64,000 bases of DNA, taken from contig CBDDCA010000005.1 of the NCBI GenBank assembly GCA_965226055.1, forward strand, positions 256,001 to 320,000. The letters are read 5' to 3'. The notes beneath the pieces are model-generated. The model was not told the origin of the DNA. It saw only the letters and a list, made by a program, of their open reading frames with translations, and made no database searches. Positions 50,967 through 59,568 of the stretch are shown here, piece by piece; positions within the stretch are counted from its first letter, which is position 1, and every line of letters begins with the position of its first letter. The DNA comes from Spirochaetia bacterium (lineage in GTDB: Bacteria > Spirochaetota > Spirochaetia > WTKD01 > G963693115). The translations under genes and the position numbers were made by a program.

Positions 50967-52838
50967 CTATGGGGTGCTTTTAGCTTTGTCTATTACTTTT
51001 CTCATCTCTTCTGCTAATGCTGTATCAAGAGGAAGCAGTGCTTTGTAGTATTTCTCTGCTTTTGTAATATCATTTAATTGTATATAAGCCAATATCATTC
51101 CTGCATAAGCTTTGACTAAATCAGGATTAAGTTCCAATGCTTTGTTATAGTCCTTTATTGCCCCCATTATATCGCCTTGTATTTGTTTCGCTCCCCCTCT
51201 ATTACTATAGACTTCCGCATACTCAGGGTTGAATTTCAGTGTCTCATTATAGTCCTCTATCGCTCCAGTTATATCTCCTTGCTTCTGTTTCGCATTCCCT
51301 CTACTACCATAGATTTTCACTAGCTTAGGATCAAGTTTTAATGCTTTGTCATAGTCCTCTATCGCTCCAGCCATATCTCCTTGTTTCTGCCTCGCATTCC
51401 CTCTATTATTATAGGCATTTGCATACCTAGGGTTAAGTTCCAGTGCCTCGTCATAATCCTTTATCGCTTCGCTAAACTTTTTTAATTCCTGCCTTGCACT
51501 CCCTCTATTATTATAGACTTCTGCTAACTTAGGATTGAGTTTCAGTGCCTCATCATAGTCCTTTATCGCTTCGTCAAACTTTTCTAATTCCTGCCTCGCA
51601 TTCCCTCTATTATTATAGGCATTTGCATACCTAGGGTTAAGTTCCAGTGCCTCGTCATAGTCCTTTATCGCTTCGCTAAACTTTTTTAATTCCTGCCTCG
51701 CATTCCCTCTATTATTATAGACTTCTGCTAACTTAGGATTGAGTTTCAGTGCCTCATCATAGTCCTTTATCGCTTCGTCAAACTTTTCTAATTCCTGCCT
51801 CGCATTCCCTCTATTATTATAGACTTCTGCTAACTTAGGATTGAGTTCCAGTGCCTTATCATAATCTTCTATCGCTCCAGTCATATCTCCTTGTTCCTGC
51901 CTTGCACTCCCTCTATAAAAATAAGTTTCTGCAAATTCAAGTTTCTCTTTAGATTCTTCATCATGATCATTTTTTGTTATAGAAGAATCTTTTTGTCTCC
52001 CACTCCCTCCATTATTATCAGGATCTGTATCATCCTTAGAATTTATTATTTTGCTACCACCTTTAAGTTTTTCATTTTCAATATACCATCCTACAGTATC
52101 ATTGTAGATAGTTTGATAGGTAATATTAAAATAAAGCTTTAAGTACTCAAGCAATACCTTCTTTAGATTACTATAAATCGGCTCTATATTCAATCTTGCT
52201 CTACTAATATACCCTAATTTAGGATATACAAAGACACTTTTTTGATGTTTTACTCTGTCTCCACTATGATAGGTAACAGGAGGATCTATCATATTCAGTT
52301 CTGATAATTGCTCTTTTGTTTTTTCGCTATACCCTTTTGTGTCTTTATCATAATCTAATAGAGATATTTTTTGTACTTCTTCTGTATTCAGCAACAATAA
52401 TTCTCCATCTTTATCCTGTTCACCATTACCATCACATGCCAAAAAAAGTGCTATAGATATATCTCTTGTAAAATCTATAAAATTTGTCTCATCCCCAAAA
52501 TGCCGTATATCTGTAAGGATAGTAATACGATCAGTACTAGAAGGATACCTATGTCTATTTTCCTCTATTACTTCTTCTTCTGCATTAACAATAAAATTAG
52601 AGTAATCAGGCACTATTCCTTGCTTATCTGTACCTTTAGAGTAGACAGTACTACGATATAGACTAGAGTTAATGGTATCGTCTGCTTTGTGCTTATATAC
52701 ATACTTATCACCAGTTTCACTATATACCCTATTTGTCCCTCTAAATATATACTTGCCTGTGCTATATTTTCTTTGAATATCATATACAAATTGTATAGCA
52801 TCATCTAAAGTAAATGCTTTCTTAGGTTCTATAGTCAT
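50967..52838 (-). CDS. FRG-domain protein with C-terminal TPR array (copy 1, ~9 TPR)
   Basis: YIFRG, SSLYR, RHFGDETNFIDFT, IALFLAC, RVKHQKSVF; 34-aa repeats AEVYNNRGNARQ...AIKDYDEALKLNP. Confidence 0.85.
   Translation of the reverse strand: MTIEPKKAFTLDDAIQFVYDIQRKYSTGKYIFRGTNRVYSETGDKYVYKHKADDTINSSLYRSTVYSKGTDKQGIVPDYSNFIVNAEEEVIEENRHRYPSSTDRITILTDIRHFGDETNFIDFTRDISIALFLACDGNGEQDKDGELLLLNTEEVQKISLLDYDKDTKGYSEKTKEQLSELNMIDPPVTYHSGDRVKHQKSVFVYPKLGYISRARLNIEPIYSNLKKVLLEYLKLYFNITYQTIYNDTVGWYIENEKLKGGSKIINSKDDTDPDNNGGSGRQKDSSITKNDHDEESKEKLEFAETYFYRGSARQEQGDMTGAIEDYDKALELNPKLAEVYNNRGNARQELEKFDEAIKDYDEALKLNPKLAEVYNNRGNARQELKKFSEAIKDYDEALELNPRYANAYNNRGNARQELEKFDEAIKDYDEALKLNPKLAEVYNNRGSARQELKKFSEAIKDYDEALELNPRYANAYNNRGNARQKQGDMAGAIEDYDKALKLDPKLVKIYGSRGNAKQKQGDITGAIEDYNETLKFNPEYAEVYSNRGGAKQIQGDIMGAIKDYNKALELNPDLVKAYAGMILAYIQLNDITKAEKYYKALLPLDTALAEEMRKVIDKAKSTP
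51130..51930 (-). repeat. 102-bp coding tandem repeats (TPR), including a near-perfect 204-bp duplication; ends approximate
   Basis: Unit ttccctctattattatag... recurs every 102 bp. Confidence 0.9.
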
Positions 52839-52957
52839 AAGCACGCCTCTTTTTACATGATAGCATATACTTCTCTACGAGGGATGATTATAGAGTAAAA
52901 AGATAAGAAAACAACAAAGGCTTATAGATTATTGTGTTTTCTATAGGAGTAGCAATG

Positions 52958-54498
52958 CTATGGGCTGCTTTTAGCTTTGTCTATTATTGCTTTCATCTCT
53001 TTTGCTACTACTGTATCAAGAGGGAGCAGTGCTTTGTAGCATTCCTCTGCTTTTTTGAGTTTATTATCTATTAGTGTCTTCATAAGCCGAGCGTTCATAG
53101 ACTTAGGGTTGATTTTCAGTGCCTTGTCATAGTCTTTGTTCGCTCCAGTCATATTCCTTGTTTTACTTTCAAAAGCCCTCTATTATTATAGACACTTGAG
53201 TTATTAGGATCTAGTTCTATTGCTTTTTTATAATCCTCTATCGCTCCAGCTATATCTTTTTGATTCATTTTCGCATTCCCTCTATTATTATAGGCTGCTA
53301 CATACTCAGGATCTATTTCCAATGCCTTATCATAGTCTTCTATCGCTCCACTATAATTACCTTGTTCTGCTTTCGCAAGCCCTCTATTATTATAGGCTGC
53401 TACATACTTAGGATCTATTTCCAATGCCTTATCATAGTCTTCTATCGCTCCACTATAATTACCTTGTTCTGCTTTCGCAAGCCCTCTATTATTATAGGCT
53501 GCTACATACTTAGGATCTATTTCCAATGCCTTATCATAGTCTTCTATCGCTCCACTATAATTACCTTGTTCTTTTTTCGCATTCCCTCTATGATTATAGG
53601 CATCTGTATACTCAGGATTTATTTCCAATGCCTTATCATAATCTTCTATCGCTCCACTATAATGTATTTCTGCCCGTTCCTCTATTCCTTTATCCAATTT
53701 CTCATCTCCTTTACGAAGCCACAAAACTGCTGTTTCATTATTTTTTTCATTTTCAACAAAGCCTATAAGATCATTGTATATTGTACGAGCTGTAATATTC
53801 AAATAATTATCCAGATACCTAAGCAATATCCTCTTTTTTTCACTAGGAATTGGAATTATCTTTTCCTCCAATTTTTCTATAGGAATATACCCCTTTTTAG
53901 AGTATACAAATACACTCCTCTGTACTTTTACTCTCACCTCACTACTGCTCGTTATAGGAGGTTCTATTAGCCCCAATTCTGGCAATTTATGTGTACTATC
54001 ATACTCTACTAATTGAGATATGCTCTCTACTCCCTGCTTTTCTAACAATAACAGCTCTCCATCTTTATCTAATTCACCATTGCATGCAAAAAACAATGCA
54101 ATATACATATCTTTTGAAAAATCTATCAGGTTTGTCTTACCTCCAAAATGCTGTATGTCAGTAAGCATAGGCAGAGTGTCAGTATGAGAAGGAAATAAAT
54201 ATTTCGCTCTTTTTATCACTTCCTCTTCTGCCTTGATAATAGAGTCAGGTCTATCATCAAATACTCCGTTTCGCTTATTTTTATATTTAGTACCTTGAAG
54301 GTAGACAATACTATGATACAAACCAGAATGAATAGTGTCATGTATTTTATACTCATATACATATCCTTTACCAGTTTTACTATACACCCTATTTGTCCCT
54401 CTAAATATATACTTTCCTGTGCTATATTTGTCTTGAATTTCAGATACAAATGCTATAGCATCTTTTAGAGTAAATTCTTTCTCTTGTTTCTTACTCAT
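52958..54498 (-). pseudogene. FRG-domain + TPR protein (copy 2), split by a 1-nt deletion near 53155 into ORFs 53149-54498 and 52958-53152
   Basis: YIFRG, QHFGGKTNLIDFS, IALFFAC, RVKVQRSVF. Reads CAAGGA-ATATGACT where copy 1 has CAAGGAGATATGACT. The downstream frame continues the TPR and has the same C-terminus (YKALLPLD...IDKAKS.P). Confidence 0.8.
53270..53660 (-). repeat. 102-bp near-perfect tandem repeats (TPR) in FRG-TPR copy 2; ends approximate
   Basis: VAAYNNRGLAKAEQGNYSGAIEDYDKALEIDP repeated almost identically at DNA level. Confidence 0.9.
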
Positions 54499-54605
54499 AG
54501 TTTCCTCTGCTTACATGATAGCATAGCATTACAGTTCTCTACAGTAGAGCTTGTATGAGAAACAGCACAAAGCATGTACGTAGATACTACACTAGAGTAG
54601 TAATG

Positions 54606-56390
54606 CTAGTGAAGAAAATGCCGTGTATGAGTGAACAGCATGCTTATACCGTGTTCGTTACAGGCATCTATAGAGTCTTGGTCGCGTATTGAGCCTCCTG
54701 GCTGTATGATGGCACTTACTTTATAGGTAGCGGCAAGATCTATGCTATCTCTCATAGGAAAGAATGCATCAGAGGCAAGCACTAATCCTTTGCGTACTTT
54801 TCCTTGCTTATTGAGCGAGTGGAGCAATGCTATGTTCGTTGCTTCAAGGCGATTCATCTGGCCTGCTCCTATGCTGACAGTGGATACACATGTCGACTGT
54901 TTTTGTGCTAGCACAATGGCATTTGATTTTACATGCTTTACGGCTGCCCATGCAAACAGAAGTGCTTGTAATTGCTCATAACTAGGGTTTTTTTGCGTAA
55001 CGCATTGGAGTGATTGACTAAAAGAAATAGCATTTTGTAGTGTATCTACTTGCTGTGCTAACAGAGCAGTTCCAAAAGAGATATACTCTACTGGAGCATT
55101 CACTATTTTGCGTAAGGATATTTTTAAGAGACGAATGTTCTTTTTTTTCTGTAATATCTGTAATGCTTCTGTGGTAAATTTTGGAGCAATGATAATTTCT
55201 AAAAATAGCTTTGATAACTTGAGCGCAAGAGAGCTGTCTACAGTGCCACTGAGTACCACAATGCCTCCAAAAATAGACACAGGGTCTGCTTCATACACAG
55301 CATCCCATGCCTGTTCGGTGCTTTCTGCTTTTGCTACAGCACAAGGGTTGCCGTGTTTTACTCCTACTGCTACAAAATACTCTTCTTGCAAATCTTGCTG
55401 TTTTTGTTTTCCTTGTATCAAATGAGCAATTTTGTCTTGCGTCGGCATCTTTTCTACAACAGTGAACTGTGTTTTCATTATTGCGAGGGCGGACTGTGCA
55501 TCTCTTACATTGTTATACGATAGCTGCTTGCCATGTAATTGCTTTGTTGCATAAAGCATGATTTGTGATGAAGACTGTATCGGTACATATAGGGCTGCTT
55601 TCTGATGAGGATTTTCTCCATACCGAAGATCACTGTGCTTTGTATAATGCAAAGAAAGTATATCGGGAAATGTTTGTGTGTTTTTTATTTCCTTTCTTAT
55701 TTTCTTTTTTCCTTTATCAAGAATAGCTTGTTTCTGAAAATATGCGTTAATATGTGCATCGTACCGTGTTGTATAACCAAATACTTTGTTCGCTTGTAAT
55801 AGCCTATAATACTCGTATTCCTTTGCTATAGCAGTGCTGTCTTTTGATTGTATTTGTACTTGTGTTTTTGATTTTGATTGTGTTTGTGTTTTTGATTGTG
55901 TTTGTGCTTTTTCTATCTCTTCAAGATACCTAAGTGCTTGAGCATAATCGTTGGGATCGCAGAGAGCTAGCACATCCTTATAGTTTTTAGCTGCAGCACG
56001 AAGCAGGGATACTCCTCCTATGTCTATATGCTCAAGGGCTATGTCTAGCGAAGTATTTTTTTTCGAAACAACAGAAGCAAAAGGATAGAGATTTACTACT
56101 ACAATATCAATGAACGCAGAGCCTATGGTCTGTACATCTGCACTATCGTTAGGATTATCCCGTCGCGATAAAATACCAGCAAAAATAGCAGGATGCAATG
56201 TTTTTACTCTTCCGTCCATTATTTCAGAGAAACCAGTAAATGATTCTACTGTTGTAATATCAATGCCACAATCTTGCAAATATGTTCCTGTCCCTCCAGT
56301 GCTTATAATAGTATACCCACATGCTATAAGACCTGAGGCGAGAGTTTTGATGTTTTTTTTATCATTAACACTAAGTAGTGCTGTTTTCAT
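54606..56390 (-). CDS. purH: Bifunctional AICAR transformylase / IMP cyclohydrolase
   Basis: ALLSV.DK, STGGT, GRVKTLHP, IDIGG, LRYGENPHQ, KHGNPC, KSNAIV, GAGQMNR, SDAFFP, RHFLH. Confidence 0.98.
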   Translation of the reverse strand: MKTALLSVNDKKNIKTLASGLIACGYTIISTGGTGTYLQDCGIDITTVESFTGFSEIMDGRVKTLHPAIFAGILSRRDNPNDSADVQTIGSAFIDIVVVNLYPFASVVSKKNTSLDIALEHIDIGGVSLLRAAAKNYKDVLALCDPNDYAQALRYLEEIEKAQTQSKTQTQSKSKTQVQIQSKDSTAIAKEYEYYRLLQANKVFGYTTRYDAHINAYFQKQAILDKGKKKIRKEIKNTQTFPDILSLHYTKHSDLRYGENPHQKAALYVPIQSSSQIMLYATKQLHGKQLSYNNVRDAQSALAIMKTQFTVVEKMPTQDKIAHLIQGKQKQQDLQEEYFVAVGVKHGNPCAVAKAESTEQAWDAVYEADPVSIFGGIVVLSGTVDSSLALKLSKLFLEIIIAPKFTTEALQILQKKKNIRLLKISLRKIVNAPVEYISFGTALLAQQVDTLQNAISFSQSLQCVTQKNPSYEQLQALLFAWAAVKHVKSNAIVLAQKQSTCVSTVSIGAGQMNRLEATNIALLHSLNKQGKVRKGLVLASDAFFPMRDSIDLAATYKVSAIIQPGGSIRDQDSIDACNEHGISMLFTHTRHFLH

Positions 56391-56408
56391 AATTCAATAT
56401 ATATTTGC

Positions 56409-57413
56409 TTATTCATTTCCATGACTCAGTACAGGCGGAACTGTTGACAACACATCGCTTATACGACTCATTACCTCATCACTGAGCATTTTTACTGTAT
56501 CAAGGGCTGCAATATTTTGAGACAACTGCTCTACTTTAGAAGCTCCTAAAATAACAGTAGTTACTTTTGGGTTTTTTACACACCATGCAATAGCAAGCTG
56601 AGAGAGAGGTATGCCCAACTCATCTGCAATTTCTGCTAACTTTCGTACTACAGGAATACGGCTTTCCCCATACTTGTCTAAAACAAGACTGCGTAACCAT
56701 TCGTATCCCGGTAAATTTAAGCGAGAATCTTCAGGCACTCCATTATTGTATTTTCCTGTCAACAAGCCCGAAGCAAGCGGTGACCATATGGTAGTGCCTA
56801 ACCCTGTATACTCATACAAAGATGCATATTCCTGTTCAACACGCTGTCTATGTAACATATTGTATTGTGGTTGTTCAAACAAAGGAGGAATAGCGCCATT
56901 TTTGATTGCTATATCATAGGCTTCTTGTATCTGTTCAGCACTCCATTCAGAAGTACCCCAATACAGTACCTTACCCTGTCTAATGAGATTTGTCATCGTT
57001 TCAACTACCACAGCTATTGGCACATTAGGATCAGCACGGTGGCAAAAATATAAATCTAAATACTCTACCTGTAAACGCTTTAGTGCAGCATGGCATGCCT
57101 CAACAAGATGTTTTCTATGTAAGCCTTGCTGTGTAGGCACAGGATCTTGTGTTCTTCCAAAAAAGACTTTGCTTGATACTATATAGGTATCTCTCTCCCA
57201 TGCTAATTCTTTCAGTACTTGTCCCATAATAATTTCTGCATCACCAAAATTATACACTTCGGCATTATCAAAGAAATTTACCCCTTTGTCATATGCATAC
57301 TGCAAACAGTCTTTTGCAATACGAGTATCAACCTGTGTACCAAAGGTTACCCATGCACCAAATGATAAAACACTTACTGGTAGACCAGTATGTCCAAGTA
57401 ATCTATATTCCAT
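56409..57413 (-). CDS. Aldo/keto reductase (Kv-beta-like subfamily)
   Basis: GAWVTFG, FFDNAEVY, SSKVF, DLYFCHR, YWGTSEW, WSPLASGLLTGKY. Confidence 0.95.
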   Translation of the reverse strand: MEYRLLGHTGLPVSVLSFGAWVTFGTQVDTRIAKDCLQYAYDKGVNFFDNAEVYNFGDAEIIMGQVLKELAWERDTYIVSSKVFFGRTQDPVPTQQGLHRKHLVEACHAALKRLQVEYLDLYFCHRADPNVPIAVVVETMTNLIRQGKVLYWGTSEWSAEQIQEAYDIAIKNGAIPPLFEQPQYNMLHRQRVEQEYASLYEYTGLGTTIWSPLASGLLTGKYNNGVPEDSRLNLPGYEWLRSLVLDKYGESRIPVVRKLAEIADELGIPLSQLAIAWCVKNPKVTTVILGASKVEQLSQNIAALDTVKMLSDEVMSRISDVLSTVPPVLSHGNE

Positions 57414-57441
57414 AGTATAAGTATAGCATAATTATAATATA

Positions 57442-58773
57442 TTACCAACTAAATAACTCATAATGTATATGATTTTTTGAAATTCCTAATGATCGTAACT
57501 CAGAGATAACAAACTGTGTAGTAGGCTTTGAAGCACAAATATAATAATGTCGCTCTTTATAGTACTCTTGTTGTGTGATAGTATCTTTGCTAAATGTTTT
57601 GCCTAATGTACGCGAAAAAGATTGCACTTTATCTGTCACCGATTTTGCTAAATCAATAATACTACGATAGAAATTATCCTCAGGACTTCTATGGTATAAC
57701 CAGTTAAAATCAACATTAGCAATAGTCTTACTTGTTTGTTGTTTTTCATGTTGCATATACTTCATCATGCTGATAAATGGCGTAATTCCTATACCACCAG
57801 CAATAAAGGTAACATTTCCTTTTGGTGCTTTTTTTGCGTTTTTTTGTAAGTGTTCAATAGTAAAATGCCCAAATGGCCCATCAAGCACCAGACGATTTCC
57901 TGTCTCTAATTGAGAACGTAGCTTCTCGGTAAAGTCTCCTTCATTTTGTATGGTAATACTGATAGTGGCATCACTATTTGTCGATGAAAACGAAAATGGA
58001 TGTTCTTCTCCTTTTAAGTTTCCATCAATAAAAGTAAAAAATCCAAACTGCCCTTCTGTGTATGTAAAGGGCTTTCCTGAATTTTGAGTAAACTGTAGTG
58101 TAACAATCTCATCGTTTTCGATTGTTACATCTTCTAAAGTAAAGGTATGTTTGCGCAGTAGTATTGGCTTTATAAACTTATGGTGTATGTATGAACCAAA
58201 GGTAAGCAGAAAATACAGCATCATGATAGTAGCAGTATATATGCTATCCTTAAACATAGTGGTACGCATAACATGTATTGCTACTAATACCGCAGCTACT
58301 GCATTAAGATTGTGTAATCTGCGATAGAATGTGTAGTCAATACGCTTATCTAATATTGCTTTGAGTGTTCGTATACCAGGCAAACGAGCAACAGGAGTGT
58401 CTATCCAGAAACATATTGTGACAATAAACAAAAACGCAAAGATAAGCGCTGCTAAAAATCCAGAAAGTGCCGTAGGTGACCCTAATCCATGAGATGCCCC
58501 ATGAACAATAATAAGCAACAATATGCCAAAGGTACTACTCCCATGCACTTTCATGAGAGTGGCATATCCAACAGAACGCTCTATCAATTTCATACGCGAA
58601 GCTGTTATAAATTGATTCATAAACCAGTAGAACAAAAATACCCCAGGTATAATTGAACGAATGATATCTGGAACAATCTCTGCAGGATAAAAATTGATAA
58701 TTGAAACATAATGTATACCTATAGTGATAATAGGTAATACGATATATATAAACACAAGAAACATAGATATCAA
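57442..58773 (-). CDS. Ferric-reductase-like transmembrane oxidoreductase with FAD/NAD(P)H-binding domains
   Basis: TM helices with paired His (KVH...VH; RLH...IH), EHPFS, DGPFG, IAGGIGITPF, YIC, HYELF. Confidence 0.88.
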   Translation of the reverse strand: MISMFLVFIYIVLPIITIGIHYVSIINFYPAEIVPDIIRSIIPGVFLFYWFMNQFITASRMKLIERSVGYATLMKVHGSSTFGILLLIIVHGASHGLGSPTALSGFLAALIFAFLFIVTICFWIDTPVARLPGIRTLKAILDKRIDYTFYRRLHNLNAVAAVLVAIHVMRTTMFKDSIYTATIMMLYFLLTFGSYIHHKFIKPILLRKHTFTLEDVTIENDEIVTLQFTQNSGKPFTYTEGQFGFFTFIDGNLKGEEHPFSFSSTNSDATISITIQNEGDFTEKLRSQLETGNRLVLDGPFGHFTIEHLQKNAKKAPKGNVTFIAGGIGITPFISMMKYMQHEKQQTSKTIANVDFNWLYHRSPEDNFYRSIIDLAKSVTDKVQSFSRTLGKTFSKDTITQQEYYKERHYYICASKPTTQFVISELRSLGISKNHIHYELFSW

Positions 58774-58855
58774 CTCCTCTTTTCTTAAATCAAAAAGTTC
58801 AAAAAAAATAAAATGTCATACAGGAAAGTATTGTTCTATAACAATACGCTCTTCT

Positions 58856-59365
58856 TTATAATTGTACAAGAATATCCATAATAGCGGGCGTTACTGTATT
58901 TATAAGCAATGCGGCAGCAGGCTCCTCATACGAAGCAGAACTCATAATATCAATGCCTTGAGGAGGAGATGTTAATGTACTCTTGTTATTAGGAAGATAT
59001 GCCGCAACAATGAGTCGTTCATTATCTTTGTGTTTTTGTACAAAATCAATAATCTCAGGCTCTAATGTATCTGTAGTACCAGTACTGTGTACAACAACTA
59101 CATGATAGTCGGTAAAAACACTATCGTCCACTGTATCATATGTTATAAATTTTTGATCAATATTTATATCATAATTATTAATTTTTACTCCTAGTACAAT
59201 ATCCTTAAATATAAATTTCTGTATATTCTTTGCCTTACTGTTCAATACATGGGCTACTGTATAGGTTTCCCCTGTCTTTTCTTCTTCTGCTGCTCCTCTT
59301 GCATATGCAAATGGTAACATAAGTAAACATACTATACTACTACATAACAAAACTTTCTTTTTCAT
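58856..59365 (-). CDS. Secreted flavodoxin-like hypothetical protein
   Basis: RBS GGAGG; signal peptide (AYA|RG); alternating alpha/beta; ends with a DIMSSAS motif. Confidence 0.6.
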   Translation of the reverse strand: MKKKVLLCSSIVCLLMLPFAYARGAAEEEKTGETYTVAHVLNSKAKNIQKFIFKDIVLGVKINNYDINIDQKFITYDTVDDSVFTDYHVVVVHSTGTTDTLEPEIIDFVQKHKDNERLIVAAYLPNNKSTLTSPPQGIDIMSSASYEEPAAALLINTVTPAIMDILVQL

Positions 59366-59515
59366 GATACCTCCAAAATTTTTTTCTCTTTATTTTATTA
59401 TAGAGCATTATTATTTTTATGGCACGAGTTCAAGTACAAGTTCATGATGAAAATATCTTCATTTTTTGATCCCTACTGAAACCTTTACTGTCGCAATTAG
59501 TCCTTGAATCTGCAC

Positions 59516-59550
59516 TATAGCAAGAAAGGAGTACTTCCTTTCTTGCTATA
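59516..59550 (-). terminator. Terminator hairpin of large surface protein copy 2
   Basis: TATAGCAAGAAAGGA-gtact-TCCTTTCTTGCTATA; shares the 11-bp stem core with the copy 1 terminator. Confidence 0.8.
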
Positions 59551-59568
59551 GATATTTCTACATATATG

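Noticed and set aside
53260-53970. 236-aa + strand ORF with 34-aa repeats
   Set aside because: Antisense shadow of the TPR repeats in FRG-TPR copy 2.
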